Positions 1 through 14,165 are shown, counted from the stretch's first letter. The stretch: DNA of 64,000 nucleotides from Octopus vulgaris (GCA_951406725.2 OX597831.1:63922001-63986000); one strand, 5' to 3'. The notes: generated by a model from the sequence alone, not told the origin. Program-made: numbers and translations.

Positions 1-1248
1 TCAAACGCTTTACTGAAGTAAAGGTATATGACGTCAGAGTTTGAACCTGTTCCCAAGGCTTTGAGTACATCTTCAATGTGGTGTAAGAGCTGTGTTAGAC
101 AGTCCCTGCCACAGCGAAAGCCATGCTGATTTGAATTTAGGAGTTTGTGGGTCTCCAGGAAGTCAGCTATCCTTGATCTTAACACTCTTTCAAACACTTT
201 AATGATGTGGGAGGTGAGTGAGATTGGGCGATAGTTGACTGCGAGGGATCTGTTTCCCTGTTTGAAAACCGGGATGACCGACTGGGATAGAAACTTTTTC
301 GGTATATAACCTGCGTCTAACGAGTTTCTCCAGAGGTTGGTCAGAGGGACTGCAAGTTGATATCTACATTCCTTCAGGAGACTGGCGGGAAATCTATCAG
401 GGCCTACAGCAGAGTAATGTTTGACCTCATTTATTGCTGCTACGATGTCGGTGGCAGTGAAGGTTATGTCTGCGATTTTGTGTTGGGAGTCAGCTTCGTT
501 CGTTTCCCTCACATCAATATCAGTGGGAACACTGAAGACAGAGCAATATTGTTTCTGCAGTATTTCTGCCATTTCTTTAGCATCGTGTTGGGGAATGCCG
601 TTTTCATCAATCAATGGCCCAATAGGTGAGACAGTGGTTCTATGCTTATTTGCATAAGAATAGAACACTTTTGGGTTCTGTTTGATGTTTTTGATTACCC
701 ATTGTTCCTCCACAGCTCTTTGATTTTCAATGGAGGTTTTCATGTTAGTCTGCAGATTAAGTTTTTCCAGCTCTAGTCTTTTCATTGTTGTTGAATATGG
801 ATGTTGCGTGTGGGAATATTTTAATTGGTTGATTTTTTTGTTGAGTCTTTTGATGCGCCTGATGAGTGTTTTTTTTTTTTTAGGAGCCGGTTTCTGTTTG
901 TGTTAGTAGATTTCTTGGGAGCGTGTTTAGAGCATGTGTCGGTGACAATGGTTCCAAAGTGCTGCCACGCGGTCTCAATATGAGGGGAATTGAGAGTAAA
1001 AGACCAGTCGATGGAAGACAGATCCTTTCTGATTGTTCCCCAGTCCGCTTTGTGGAAATTTATGTTGTCAAATGGGTGCCATGGAGTGGGATTGGCTGGT
1101 TTGGTTTTTACACGTCGGGAATTAAGATTGCAGAGTACCATGTCGTGGTCTGAGAGGAGAGTTTTTCCGACTGAAATGCTGTGAACGTAGCTAGAGTGAT
1201 TGGTCAGTACCAGATCCAAGATCGTTTTATTCTGTCTCGTTGGTTCAA
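1..1248 (-). mobile_element. 5'-truncated CR1-like LINE ORF2 fragment (end of APE endonuclease to start of RT), runs off the left edge, frameshifted near 870
   Basis: Minus-strand translation gives [15 protein letters not shown]...LSDHDMV (APE C-terminus) and PVFKQGNRSLAVNYRPISLTSHIIKVFE...NQHGFRCGRDCLTQLL...DVIYLYFSKAF (RT). Same motif order as the 16084-18582 ORF. Confidence 0.9.
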
Positions 1249-1512
<264 letters not shown>

Positions 1513-2083
1513 AGATTTTTTTAATAGTTTGACTCGAACGCATGCATCTTGATATTTCGTCTCTGTTAGAGGCCTGCGAAACTTTAAGTCGCAGAGAGCA
1601 GAATCAAACCTTTTCAAATAATACATGCAACTCCTAATAAATGTGCAGAGAACCCTTTTCTTTCGTTTGTCCATTCACGCGTATATACATACATACACGC
1701 ATACATACATACATACATGCATACATGCATGTACGCGAGCACACACACACGCACACATAAACTCTCACACACACTCACATATATAAACATACACATACAA
1801 CGGACTTCTACATATTTTCTGTCTGAAAAATTGCATTCGCAAGATAGTAGACAACCCGGTAGTCCAAAAGTGGTTTAATTCAAATGGGATCGAACTTGGT
1901 ATTATATAACATATAGCAATGTTATCAACTATTGTTTTTTTTTTTTGTTTTTGTTTTAGTTTTCGTATTTAGGCATAGATTAACAATACGCTTGTAGTAA
2001 AAAGGAATAATATGTTGTGGGATGCATTCATTTTCCAGTAACATTTGACATAAAAGTGATCTGAAATATCCAACTGCGAATTG

Positions 2084-2497
2084 GGATCTTTTCGGTTTGA
2101 ACGTCAGTTTTTCTAGCGGTGTCATATGAAATTGTCACCCATAATTATGGCCCTAGTATCGATCTATTGCATTTCAATCTGTTTTGGGGTTAGGGTTAGG
2201 GTGGGGGAATGGTATCTTTTTTTCTTCACAAATGTAATTAAACCCAATCTGTTTCTTAAACGAGGGACATATTCACACGGCACAGAATGTTTTCACCTTC
2301 AATAGACGTCATTGATTGGTTGAAATTGCAGAAATTGAAGAAAAAAACAACAAATATCTTACAAACTATAGAATTTTCTCAATAAAGCCAAGAGAAAAAG
2401 ATGTTTTATAAACACATTCTACCAGTAAACGAAGTTTAAAAGTGTTTAGTTACGTGGAAATTATTTTAAAAAACTGCCGTTCAAACCGAAAAAGTCC
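2084..2497 (+). mobile_element. MITE copy 1 (~29-bp TIR GGATCTTTTCGGTTTGAACGGCAGTTTTT, Merlin-like)
   Basis: TIRs present; decayed 8-bp TSD gcgaattg/gagatttg; seven more copies in the window. Confidence 0.88.
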
Positions 2498-3704
2498 GAG
2501 ATTTGAAACCATGGCTCTCTTTCTTGAGTAAATTTATATGAAACAACAGTTATCGAGTGTTTTATTATGTTGCTTCTAGATTTGAATTTTTTAACATAAA
2601 ACTTGAAATCTAAAGTAAAATAAAGCAATATTTTTTTGCTCATTTTTTTAATGTATTTTTTTCCTTTATACATTTATATTTTTTGCATTTATTTCTTTGG
2701 TCAAAGCTAATTGGTCCATTCAGTAGAGATAGAGATTTCCCAGTCGATTCTATAAACAGACTCACAAAGAAACGTTTCTTTAAAAATGTGTCGGAATCAT
2801 TGATGGAATAAATAGCTAACGGTTAGTGACATGCCTAAATAGTTATGGAACGATCAACATTAAAAATAATTACAAGAAAATAAATGTCATTGAATTAAAA
2901 GAGAAGTTGAAGAGTAAAAATAGATGAAAATTGACGGAAACGAAAATTACAGAAGAATTCCATCCATTCTTAGTCATATTGGTTGTACGTACTGGCAAGT
3001 TTTTTTTGTTCTTTGTTTTTTCTTACTTTCCATTCAAAGTAAAAGGAGCAAAACAGTAATATGAGTAGGAATTGTACGAAACAACGTGTAGTATGCTTAT
3101 ACTAATATAAAGCAAATGTAATACGTAATTGACGATGTCTTTAAGTATCTTCTCTGGTTGAAAGCAGTTTCTTAATTTGATTCAACCTGTCCGTTTCTAC
3201 ATTCTAGCGAAAATTGGTTCAAAGGAAACTTCTATCAACAATCCCCAAGAAATTTCTCATCGTTCGCTTTAAACTGTGCAATCTAAATTTAATCCATAAT
3301 TGTAAGCTAGTTCTCCTGGAATGATTATCTCTGTTATTGCTTTCTACATACTTAGAATGAAGTCTGCTTTAGAGGTGCACAAGTTCACATACGTACACAC
3401 ACGTATATACAGAAGTGGATTTTGAGTGCATGTGTGTGTGTGTGTATGTGTGTGCGTGTGAACACGAGTGTGCGTGTGTGATAGTGTATTGTGTATGCAT
3501 AGATACATTTTACATAGTCTAATATACAGTATAACTGTATATGTGTTTGTATGGTTAAAGAGAGGAAGTGGAGAACGGAAGAGAGCAAATGAGAACAGAG
3601 TAAAAATGAGCGAATAGACACACGAATAGATATTCGAACACACACACACACAAACACGTATGCATATACATACATACACACATACATACATACATACATA
3701 CATA

Positions 3705-4966
3705 CAGGGACAGGAAATTATAATGGAAACTCCTAGCATCATAGCATCATAATTTTGAAATATCTATAAAACCGTCAAAAGCTTGCTTATTTTTATGTTT
3801 CTTTTATTTATTATTAGTGTTGCTTAATACGTTTTGTTAAAATTTCTGTTTCTTTTCAGATATCATCAGAAAAAGGTAATTAAAATTTCTTAAAATGACA
3901 GATCTATCGGACTTTCAAAGAGGTCAAATTGTTGGTGCTCGTATGGCAGGCGCTAGCATAACGAAAACAGCCGAAATGTTTGGTTTATCATGAAGTACTG
4001 TCTCGAAAGTAATGACAGCCTTTGAGAAAGAGGGAAAAACCTCCTCGACGAAACAAAACTCCGGAAGAAAACCAAAACCTTCAGATAGGGACCGTCCGAC
4101 TCTTACGTGATTTGTTAGAAAGGATCACAAAAGTACAGCTCCCAAAATTACTGCAGAGCTTAATGACCACCTCGAGAACCCAGATTCCACAAAACCTGTT
4201 TGTCAGGTGCTGCACAAAGCCGGATTTCACGTGAGGGCTGCAATCAGAAAACCACTACTTTCAAAACTAAACGTTGCAAAGTGTTTAGAGTGGAGTAAAA
4301 ACCTACAGAATTGGTCCCTAGAGCAGTGGAAGAAAGTTATTTTCTTGGACGAGTCATCCTTTACCTTATTTCCGATCACTGGCCGAGTATACGTGTGGAG
4401 ACAGCCAAAAGAAGCATTTGACCCAGACTGCCTTCTTCCAAGTGTTAAACATGGAGGAAGATCTGTGATGATCTGGGGGGCTATATCTTGGAAATCTGCC
4501 AGCACAATGGTTTCCTTTCATGGCAGAATTAATAGTCAAGACTATTTAAGCATTTTATCTTATCAAATTCATCCTATGGTTGCGGAACTGTTTCTAGAGG
4601 GAAACCCAATCTAATAATGCACCAATTCACACATCTAAAGTTGTTCCTGAATGGCACGAGGAACATTCCAGTGAAGTTGAACTTCTTATCTGGCCATCAC
4701 AGTACCCAGATCTCAATATTATTGAACATTTATGGTGCACTTTAGAAAAACAAGTAAGGAGTCGATATCCTACACCATCATCACTACAAGGACTGGAGAC
4801 TGTTTTAGCTGAAGAACGGACAAAAATTCCTTTGGAAACAATTCAAACTTTGTACGAGTCCATGCCTCGTCGAATTCAAGCTGTAATTACTACCAAAGTC
4901 GGTCCTCCCTATATTAAAATAAATTTGCTTGAAATTTTAAGGTGTTTCCATTATTTTGTCCATCCC

Positions 4967-4969
<3 letters not shown>
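3705..4969 (+). mobile_element. Tc1-family DNA transposon, decayed
   Basis: TA-flanked imperfect TIRs CAGGG..ATAATGGAAAC / GTTTCCATTATTTTGTCCATCCCCTG enclosing a broken transposase. Confidence 0.9.
3895..4916 (+). pseudogene. Tc1 DDE transposase pseudogene
   Basis: MTDLSDFQRGQIVGARMAGAS (HTH) then a stop; WKKVIFLDESSF, VKHGGRSVMIWGAI, damaged QDNA region, PDLNIIEHLW; several frameshifts. Confidence 0.9.
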
Positions 4970-5020
<51 letters not shown>

Positions 5021-5027
5021 GTATATA

Positions 5028-5068
<41 letters not shown>

Positions 5069-5115
5069 AAAACAGTCAAAAATAGAAAATGCTAAAATAA
5101 TTTTATAGTGAACAT

Positions 5116-5157
5116 TTCAGTACCGGTTTCGGTCATTTTGAGACCTTTTCAACTGTA
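5116..5157 (-). ncRNA. minimal type-I hammerhead ribozyme, U3-A8 core variant (3' terminal repeat)
   Basis: cag UUGAAAA GGUC ucaaaau GACC GAAA CCGG UA cug: helix II GGUC/GACC, palindromic helix III ACCGGU, helix I CAG/CUG. Confidence 0.75.
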
Positions 5158-5503
5158 ACGATTAAATAATTAAATTTAGAAAAATTAGAAGAAAAGTTTT
5201 TTTAAAGAATATTTCTATAGTAGTGTTCAGATTTAAGTGGCATTCTGCCTTTCTCTGACTCCCTTGTTTGCACTTGAGTGTTGGAGGTCGTTGTGAGTTC
5301 TTGGTAGGGTAGTAGAGGAAGAAGGCTGGTGAGGAAAGGGGGGTGGGAGAATCTGGGAGTGCCCTGATGGTCGTATTTTGAATGGTCAGTGGCGGCTGGC
5401 AGTCTCAGTTCAATATTTATATTGACAGGCTTGTTTATAGAATTAGCGTAGGTGTTATACTAAAAAACATTAGTGACAAAGTTAAGGGGTAGGGGGTGGA
5501 GAA

Positions 5504-5798
5504 GTAGAAGAAGAAGAAGAAGAAGAAGAAGAAGAAGGAGAAGAAGGAGAAGGAGAAGATGACGATGATGGTGATGGCGGTGATGATTATGACGACGATG
5601 ATGATGATAATGATGATGATGAAGAAGAAGAAGAAGAAGAAGAAGAAGAAGAAGAAGAAGAAGAAGAAGAAGAAGAAGAAGAAGAAGAAGAAGAAGAAGA
5701 AGAAGGAGGAGAAGGAGAAGATGGTGGTGATGATGGTGGTGATGATGATGACGACGATGATGATAATGATGATGATGAAGAAGAAGAAGAAGAAAAAA
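5504..5798. repeat. compound (GAA)n/(GAT)n microsatellite inside the Penelope 3' region
   Basis: Direct reading; the GAA-GAT block occurs twice. Confidence 0.9.
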
Positions 5799-5926
5799 AC
5801 AGAGAAGGGAGAATATGAAAGGGTGTAAGTATAGCTATGAAGGGGCTGATTAGTAATGGATTCTATGGAGTGTAATATTTGTGTGTGTATATATATTTTT
5901 TTCTTTTATTCTAAAGTTGAGGTATA

Positions 5927-8256
5927 TTAATTGTTTGTCGTAGACCCGTTAAGAAGTGGCTTGTATTTTGTAATAAAGAGATTTTCTTTACTTATTCGTT
6001 GTCTCGAGGTTGTATCGTCCCTAAATTGGTAGAGGGGGAAAATTCTGAAGTTTGGTGTTTTTTTGTTGGCGCAAGTATCTATGTGTTGGCTAAAAGCTAT
6101 TTTTCTGTTTTGGGGAATTTTTATCTGGGATCTGTGCAGGGCCATTCGTTTACGCAAACCATTTTTTGTTTGGCCTATGTGCTGCTCTTGACACCCGGAG
6201 CAGGTTAGTGAGTATATTAGGTTCTCCGAAGCACATGTGAAGTTGCTTTTCACTGTAAACCGTTGTCCCTGTTTGAAGGAGAACTCTGATCCCTCAATTA
6301 GATAGTCGCATATCCCGCAATTGGGTCTTCCACATTTTTTTACTGTCGGCTTCTGTGTTGAAGAGTGAATTCGGGCTTGTGTAAGGAGACTTTTCATGGA
6401 TCTAGGCTGTCTTTTGCTTTTTATGATCGTGTGTGTTTGGAGGATTGTGTTCATTCTGTGGTCTTTTTTTAGGAGGGGTATGTTGTGGAGGATGGTGTCG
6501 AAGGCTTCGTTATTGAGAGGGTTGTGTGTGGAGATGTATGGTAAGGCTTTTGGTTGTAAGTTTTTCTTTGATTTGGGATGTCTCAGTTCCTTGATGTTAA
6601 GTTGAAGGGCACGTTGAATGCACTTGTCAATAAGTGAAGGTGGATAGTTCCTGGTGATTAGGGTATCTTTTAGTTCTTGTAGTCGTGTGTCTCTGGTGTT
6701 TGCGTTAGAGACTATAGTGCATATCCTTTTTGCTAGATTGAAGGGGATATTCATCCTGGTGTGTCTGGGTGGCATGAATTGAATGGAAGATATTGCTTAG
6801 AGTCTGTAGGCTTATAGTATATGTCTGTTTCTATTATATTATTAGCTTTCTTAATGAGGATATCGAGGAAGGGGAGTTGTTGTTGGCTATATTCCATCGT
6901 GAATTGGATGTTTACGTCCAGTCCGTTTAAAATTTTCTGGAATTCTATGAGTTTTTCTATATTTTTATGCCAAAGGATGAAACAGTCATCTAGATATCTC
7001 TTCCAGTTGTTTTCTATGTAGATGGAGAAAGGGCTGCCATATCTTTCTAGAACCTTACGATACAGACTGATCTCTAGGTATCCTATGACTAGGTTGGCAA
7101 AGGAGGGGGCCATTCGTGTACCCATCGCAGTCCCCGATTTTTGTCGGTAGAAGTTGTCATTGAAGGCGAAGAAGTTATTTTCCAGGATGAATTTAACCCC
7201 TTCCATCACAAATTCTTTTTTGATGCGGTGTGGTAGTTCGTTGGCGTGATTCTCTAGCCAGAATTGGATTGCCTCTAGTCCTAGGTTGTGGGGGATATTG
7301 GAGTAGAGGTTGACTACATCGAAGGATACCAGTATGGTGTTTTTGTTTATAGTATTCGGTAGGTGATTGAGCATATCTAAGTCGTCCCTTATATAGCTTT
7401 TGACATGTTTGAGGAGTGGTTTTAACAGGGTGTCTAAAAAGTTACTGAGGCGGTGGGTTTCGCATGCGGGACCTGCTATTATGGGTCTCAATTTGAGGTC
7501 ATTAGGATTAGGGACTTTAATTATTTTGTCTGTAGCTATCTTGCATGCGTTGCTTATTTTTTCACTTTTGTGGATCTTAGGTATACCGTAGAATTGGCTA
7601 GTTTTACTTGTGAAATTGGTCATATAATCATATTCTTTGTCGGTGAGCCCTGCTTTGTATGGGTTTAATATGGATTTTAGTTCCCTCATTATTTTTTGTT
7701 GACTGTAGTTTTGTGCCTTTTCATAGTATGTTGTGTCTTCCAGCATAGAAAGTACCAAAGTTATGTAAAATGTCGTATCCATTAAGACAACAGCACTCCC
7801 TTTATCGGCCTCTTTGATTGTTTTTGTTTTATCTAGTTTTAATTTGTTCAACTCAGCCCATTCTTTTTTGCTGAAGTTTGGTTTGTGTTTTTGTTTGTGC
7901 ATATGTTGATATGGGTAATTTGATATGTGGTCACAGAAATCATCAAGTGTTTTATTCTTACCTTTCGAGGGGGTGTAGTTACTCCTATTTCTGGCTAACG
8001 ATTCGTCCTCGTTGTATTTATCGTATAGCTCCTCAGTAAGTCTTAATTTTCTGCAGAATTCTGCGATGTCTTCTTTCATTTCATTGTAGTTGGGGTGTTG
8101 TGGGGTGGGTGTAAACTTGAGTCCTTTGGAAAGTATGTTTATTTGGTTTGCTGTTAGTTCCTTGTGAGTTAGATTAATAATTTTTATTACTTTTGGTTCC
8201 TCCTGCTTGTTTGGTGCTATCTTGTGTCTCTGTGTTTGCGTATTGGGTCTAAAAAA
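5927..8256 (-). pseudogene. Penelope RT + Cys linker + GIY-YIG endonuclease (1-bp frameshift near 6765)
   Basis: LSKGLKFTP, FYGIPKIHK, LRPII, SFDVVNLYSNIP, GTAMGTRMAPSFANL, RYLDD, LPFLD, YYKPTD, CGRPNCGIC, NLIYSLTCSGCQEQHIGQT. The copy at 45961 reads CHPRHTR uninterrupted, so the 6765 shift is a lesion. Confidence 0.92.
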
Positions 8257-9452
8257 TGAATGCGGTGGTTGGGACGGTAGCTAGTATATAGTTGTTCTTT
8301 GTTGATTAGGGGTCTCCTGTTGTGATTTATGGTGTATGTTCTTGGAGCAGTATTGAGGAGAGCATCCCGATATCCCATATTCGGGTGTGGTGTTCTAGGA
8401 GGCCTTCGTTGGTAATCATTGCAAGTGGTGTGGGTTTGTTGTGCATGGTTGTTTAACCGGTTAATGGGACGAAGATTTCGTTGGTAACTCCTTTGGGTGG
8501 GGATGAGGTTGCAGTGTCTATGCTGTGGGTGTTGATTTATCCTTTCTCTGCTTGAAGTGGGGGTATTCCTGATATTGTATCGCTGGCTGCTTACAGAGTT
8601 AGGGTTAGGTCCTGTATTCTTTTTTTGATAGTAGTGAAGGTTCCGATTTTTAGACAGGTGTGTATCGGTGTTTGGGTGTTGTTTTGGTTTTCTTATTTTC
8701 TGGAAAGGGTTGTTGGAGGCGTGCTCTGTTTGAAAGACGGCTTCATAGTCTGAGAACCAAGTGGCGCTTTTCTCCCAGCGTTGGAGAGATTTTAGTTCTT
8801 CTTTTTCACAGTCCTCTTTCCATAGTTTGGAGAACTTCTCTTGATCTGGGCCTTGGGTCATTTTGCGAATTTCTTCGTTGATATCTTCATCGGTGGATTT
8901 TATTTTATCCTCATTCGTTTGGGCCCTCAATTTCAGAAGTTCTATTTCCATTTTCATTTTTTCCAGTGCCATTCTCTCCCTGAGGTGTCTTTGTGTTTCA
9001 GGTTCTTCTGTAATAGCTTTGAACTGGAATTTACGTGGGAGGATTAACGGGGTCCGGTTGAGCCATTTTTCGTATATATCCGCTTTGTTGTTGTTTTGGA
9101 TCATCTTCTAAAAGGCGAACTTTCTATCTCTGAGTGATTTGTTCCATTGTGGTATTATGTGGTGTTTCATTTGGTATGTTGTTAGAGTATTGATCCCATA
9201 TATTGACGCGTTTGGAGGACCTTGGTTAGCGTTGTTAGAGAAAAATGTTCTAATTGTTTCGCATAAGTTTCCAAGGTTTTCGACAATTTCGGAGGTTGTA
9301 TTTTTCGTATCTGTTTCTTCATTGTTCTCTCGATTGGGTTGAAGTGTCGAGTCGAATTTGTTCAAAAAAGTTGACAAATTTGTGTTGATTTTCTTGAGTT
9401 CTTTCAGTATTTCTTCGTTTATGGAGGTGATTGTGTCTGTTTTTGTCGGCAT
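8217..9452 (-). pseudogene. Penelope N-terminal ORF (coiled-coil then basic/low-complexity), one in-frame TAG at 9110-9108
   Basis: ORFs 9108-9503 and 8217-9104 are in the same frame, separated by TAG-AAG; they lie between the 5' repeat and the RT. Confidence 0.7.
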
Positions 9453-9570
9453 TTTCTGTATCTCGTGTGGGTTAATGATATGTATAAGGGTGAAAAGGAA
9501 CATACGAGTTGATATATATGAAAAAACCAGTCAAAAATAGAAAATGCTAAAATAATTTTATAGTGAACAT

Positions 9571-9612
9571 TTCAGTACCGGTTTCGGTCATTTTGAGACC
9601 TTTTCAACTGTA
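9571..9612 (-). ncRNA. minimal hammerhead ribozyme, U3-A8 variant (5' terminal repeat)
   Basis: Same sequence as 5116-5157. Confidence 0.75.
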
Positions 9613-9864
9613 ACGATTAAATAATTAAATTTAGAAAAATTAGAAGAAAAGTTTTTTTAAAAGAATATTTCTATAGTAGTGTTCAGATTTAAGTGGCATT
9701 CTGCCTTTCTCTGACTCCCTTGTTTGCACTTGAGTGTTGGAGGTCGTTGTGAGTTCTTGGTAGGGTAGTAGAGGAAGAAGGCTGGTGAGGAAAGGGGGTG
9801 GGAGAATCTGGGAGTGCCCTGATGGTCGTATTTTGAATGGTCAGTGGCGGCTGGCAGTCTCAGT

Positions 9865-10439
<575 letters not shown>

Positions 10440-11035
10440 GAAACAGGAAACGGGGAAGTATGCGGATGAGTCGCAGCAAATAGAAAGGAGGAGGATGAGG
10501 AGATGAATAACGTAGCCGGAAAATGTTTTCCTATAATGAAAGAGAATGAAAAGAACGAAGTAAGTAGATAATAATACTTTTGATAGCATTTTATAGGATA
10601 ATAATCATCTAACTAGTGATTTGCTGATTTAGCCCAAGTGGTAGCGATGCTATCTACAGACATGGACTCTATACTTATCAACGGAATATCGTCTCCACCA
10701 AGTTTAGCCACACCTTGAAAGACGTCCATCCGTCTCGTTCTATTGATTTCTTTCAAACAAGCCATTATTTTCTCACAACAACAATAATAATAATAATAAT
10801 AATAACAATTATTATTATTTTTTTTTTTATTGCTATTGTTGTTGTTGTTGTTGTAACTGGTGTGTTTGTCGCGTTAGTGCTCTTGTCGCTGTTGTTGTTA
10901 TTGTAGTTGTTACTATTTTTATTATTATTTGATCTCGCAGCAATGAAAATTATTAGTGAACGTAAAGTTACTTATCTCCCAATCGTTATCTCTCCCCAGC
11001 TCACTCTTCCTCTCCCCTTTCTCTCTCTCTCTTTT

Positions 11036-11101
<66 letters not shown>

Positions 11102-11475
11102 CTCTCTGTCTACCTGCTTGATTTATTACTACTGTTAATAAAAAGAAAGCAAAACTATGAAAACATCAACTAGACAACAAGCGCTTTTTTTTTTTAGAGA
11201 TGCAAGATTATGGTAAAGAGAAAAATCTGATATTGGGACCATTTGATTATAAATATAGACATATATAACCGACATCGAACCCCGTGGCACAGGGTTACAG
11301 CAGCCAAGCCAAAAAAAATTCCTTATTTGATGTGTGATCGTTGATAGTTGAAATCAAGAGACAAGAGCATACAGATACAAAGTATGTGTGTTCGTGCGTG
11401 TGTTTGGGCGTGTGTGTGTGTAGTTATGTTTGTTTGCTCTTAAGAACATATTTACGTACAGAACAAAATAAATCG

Positions 11476-11506
<31 letters not shown>

Positions 11507-12167
11507 ATGTTTACATTATTTTATTAGTTTACAAAGTTAACTTTGGCGACCGCGTACACAACTAGTGACTACAGCCAAAGTGAGGGCTAAAGAGATATTT
11601 TTACAAGAGAAAATAGTACAGCGTTTGAATGACTATTTTGTCTTACGGTTCCCAACCTCTCTGTATCGTGCTTTTATTTAAATACATATATAGCCAGACC
11701 TAATGCTTGCGTACTGGACTCAAAGGAAATCGTAAGAGGATAATCTTAAATAAAATGTGTGAATATACTTAAATGGACCAACGTTGATAACTACTATGTT
11801 TAAATTGAAGCTAAAAATGTGGTATAAAATTAAGTTAAGGAGACTGAAAATAGCTTGACCTGTAGCCTAATACGCTAGATAGAATGCCAGCACTCAGAAT
11901 AGTCTTCTGCATCTACACGATCTAGCAACCACACCGACACACACGCACACAAGTATACACATTCAGGTAAAAGGTACCTAAGCTTACTATACTGGCAAGA
12001 AAAGGCAGACACATCAAAATCATGCACACGCATATATAATCGTACAGATGGTATATAAATACATATATACACTTACAAGCCAAGATATATAGATCAAAAC
12101 ATTTATATGCTTACATATATGCAAACATAAAAAAATATTTTCCGAAACAATTATTTGTGCGTGTGTA

Positions 12168-12403
12168 CATATGTGTATGTATGTATGTATGAATGCATGT
12201 TTGTATGTATGTATGTATGTATGTATGTATGTATGTATGTATGTATGTATGTATGTTTGTATGTATGTATGTATGTATGCATGTATGTATATATGTATGT
12301 ATGTATGTATGTTTGTATATATGTATGTATGTATGTTTGTATGTATATATGTATGTATGTATGCATGCATGTATGTATATATGTATGTATGTATGTTTGT
12401 ATG

Positions 12404-12437
<34 letters not shown>

Positions 12438-12679
12438 TGTATGTATGCATGCATGTATGTATATATGTATGTATGTATGTTTGTATGTATATATGTATGT
12501 ATGTATGTATGTATATATATATGTATGTATGTATGTATGTATGCATGCATGTATGTATATATGTATGTATGTATGCATGTATGTATGTATGTTTGTATGT
12601 ATGTATGTATGTATGTTTGTATGTATATATGTATGTATGTATGTATGTATGCATGTATATATGTATGTATGTATGTATG

Positions 12680-12713
<34 letters not shown>

Positions 12714-12770
12714 TGTATGTATGCATGCATGTATGTATGTATGTATGTATGTATGTATGTACGTACGTAT
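12168..12770. repeat. (TATG)n tetranucleotide array
   Basis: Direct reading. Confidence 0.95.
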
Positions 12771-13799
12771 AGACAGATGGATAAACACAGAGAAGTAGAG
12801 ACATACATGAACATGAATTCAGCCACACATATATATCTTCACAGATAAATTCATATACATTCACTAAAAGCTTAAATACATTGAAGTATAAAGAAACGTA
12901 TACACATAATGCTTGCCTTTGAGGGACATATTCACACACACAGATGTATGCACAGGCATATATGTATATAGGGACATCTCTGTGCTGCTTCATATTTACT
13001 TACAAGCACTAATTGCTTACATATATACATATGCACATTCTTACATATACTTATGTGTAATTTCAACACATAATTACACACACACATGCACACACGCGCA
13101 CGCAGACACATTCACACATACACAAACACACATGTATTGATATATATAGATATATATTGACACATGCACGTACATTTATACAATCTTCATTATATCTGAT
13201 TCAACTTGAGATTTACTCATTTAGCCCAAGTGATAGCGATAGTATCTGAGACATGGACTCCATAATTATGAACGGAATAGCATCTCCGCCAAGTTAAGCT
13301 ACACCTTGAAAGACGCCCATTAGTCTAGCTTTATTATTTTCTCACAATAATGGGCTAACAGCGAAATAAATGAAAGTAAACAAAATCATATCTAAAAAAT
13401 ATTACAATCTAGTCTAGATGACTGTAAATTAAAGGTGTAGAAAGAACATTTTCTATGGAAAGTTTTCAGTAAAGTCGAGACATTTTACGAAAAAAAGAAG
13501 TATGTCAAGATTTCGAAGTCGTGCGCATGAAACAGTCAGTCTTCTATGAATATTTGTTGAGAGTAGGAATTTTTGTGAAAAGCATTTCCATACATTTAGC
13601 CGGAAAAAGTTTGTACTATTCAGCAAATTTTGTACAAACAGAATTTGTGTGTATACTCATTTTCCATCTTAATTTGTGTGAGTTATTTCTTTTCTTTTTT
13701 CTAGTTACCAAATATAGCTTGATAATAAGGCGTTATTTCATTTAAGTGGATTTCAGAATGTATTAGTGTGTTGGTTATAGTATAACCTAAAAGGACTTG

Positions 13800-14165
13800 T
13801 AGTAAGGCCATATATATGCTTCGAAAAACTGTCTCCTACTCGGCAGTTGGAGCATACGAGTGGATTTAAAAATGAAAACGTCAACCACAAGTCTTGTTTT
13901 CAGTACGTAGACAAAAAGAAAACCACTAAGTTGGTTAGCCACATCTGGAACCTAAAGGCCAAAAATAGCCCACACAAAATCATGTGGAGCATTGTTGAGA
14001 GATTCACGCTATACGTTATGGATTCTGGAGTAGCAGGCTTTGTATAGCTGAAATAACTCATATCCTTTCCTTATTTGAGAACGCCACTGAGCAGCTAGAC
14101 TCAAGATCGGAAATTTTCAAAAAATGCTAGCATTTCAGCAAATTTATACTACCGAAGTGGAGAAC
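13800..14165 (+). mobile_element. decayed Penelope GIY-YIG C-terminal fragment
   Basis: NHKSCF..TTKLVSHIWNLK..IMWSIVE..(C)RLCIAE..LDSRSEIFKKC*H matches the pattern of PLE endonuclease C-termini. Confidence 0.7.

Larger units (their letters stand above)
5065..9864 (-). mobile_element. Penelope-like retroelement, near full length, with ~345-bp direct terminal repeats (5065-5409 and 9520-9864)
   Basis: Near-identical direct repeats, each with a hammerhead-type motif; RT plus GIY-YIG coding region; flanked by (TA)n on both sides. Confidence 0.93.

Noticed and set aside
5927-6400. Selenocysteine-type recoding in the PLE endonuclease
   Set aside because: There is no in-frame TGA at the Cys positions in this copy.
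6751-6775. RT/GIY-YIG frame break as programmed
   Set aside because: The related copy at 45961-46227 reads CHPRHTR continuously.
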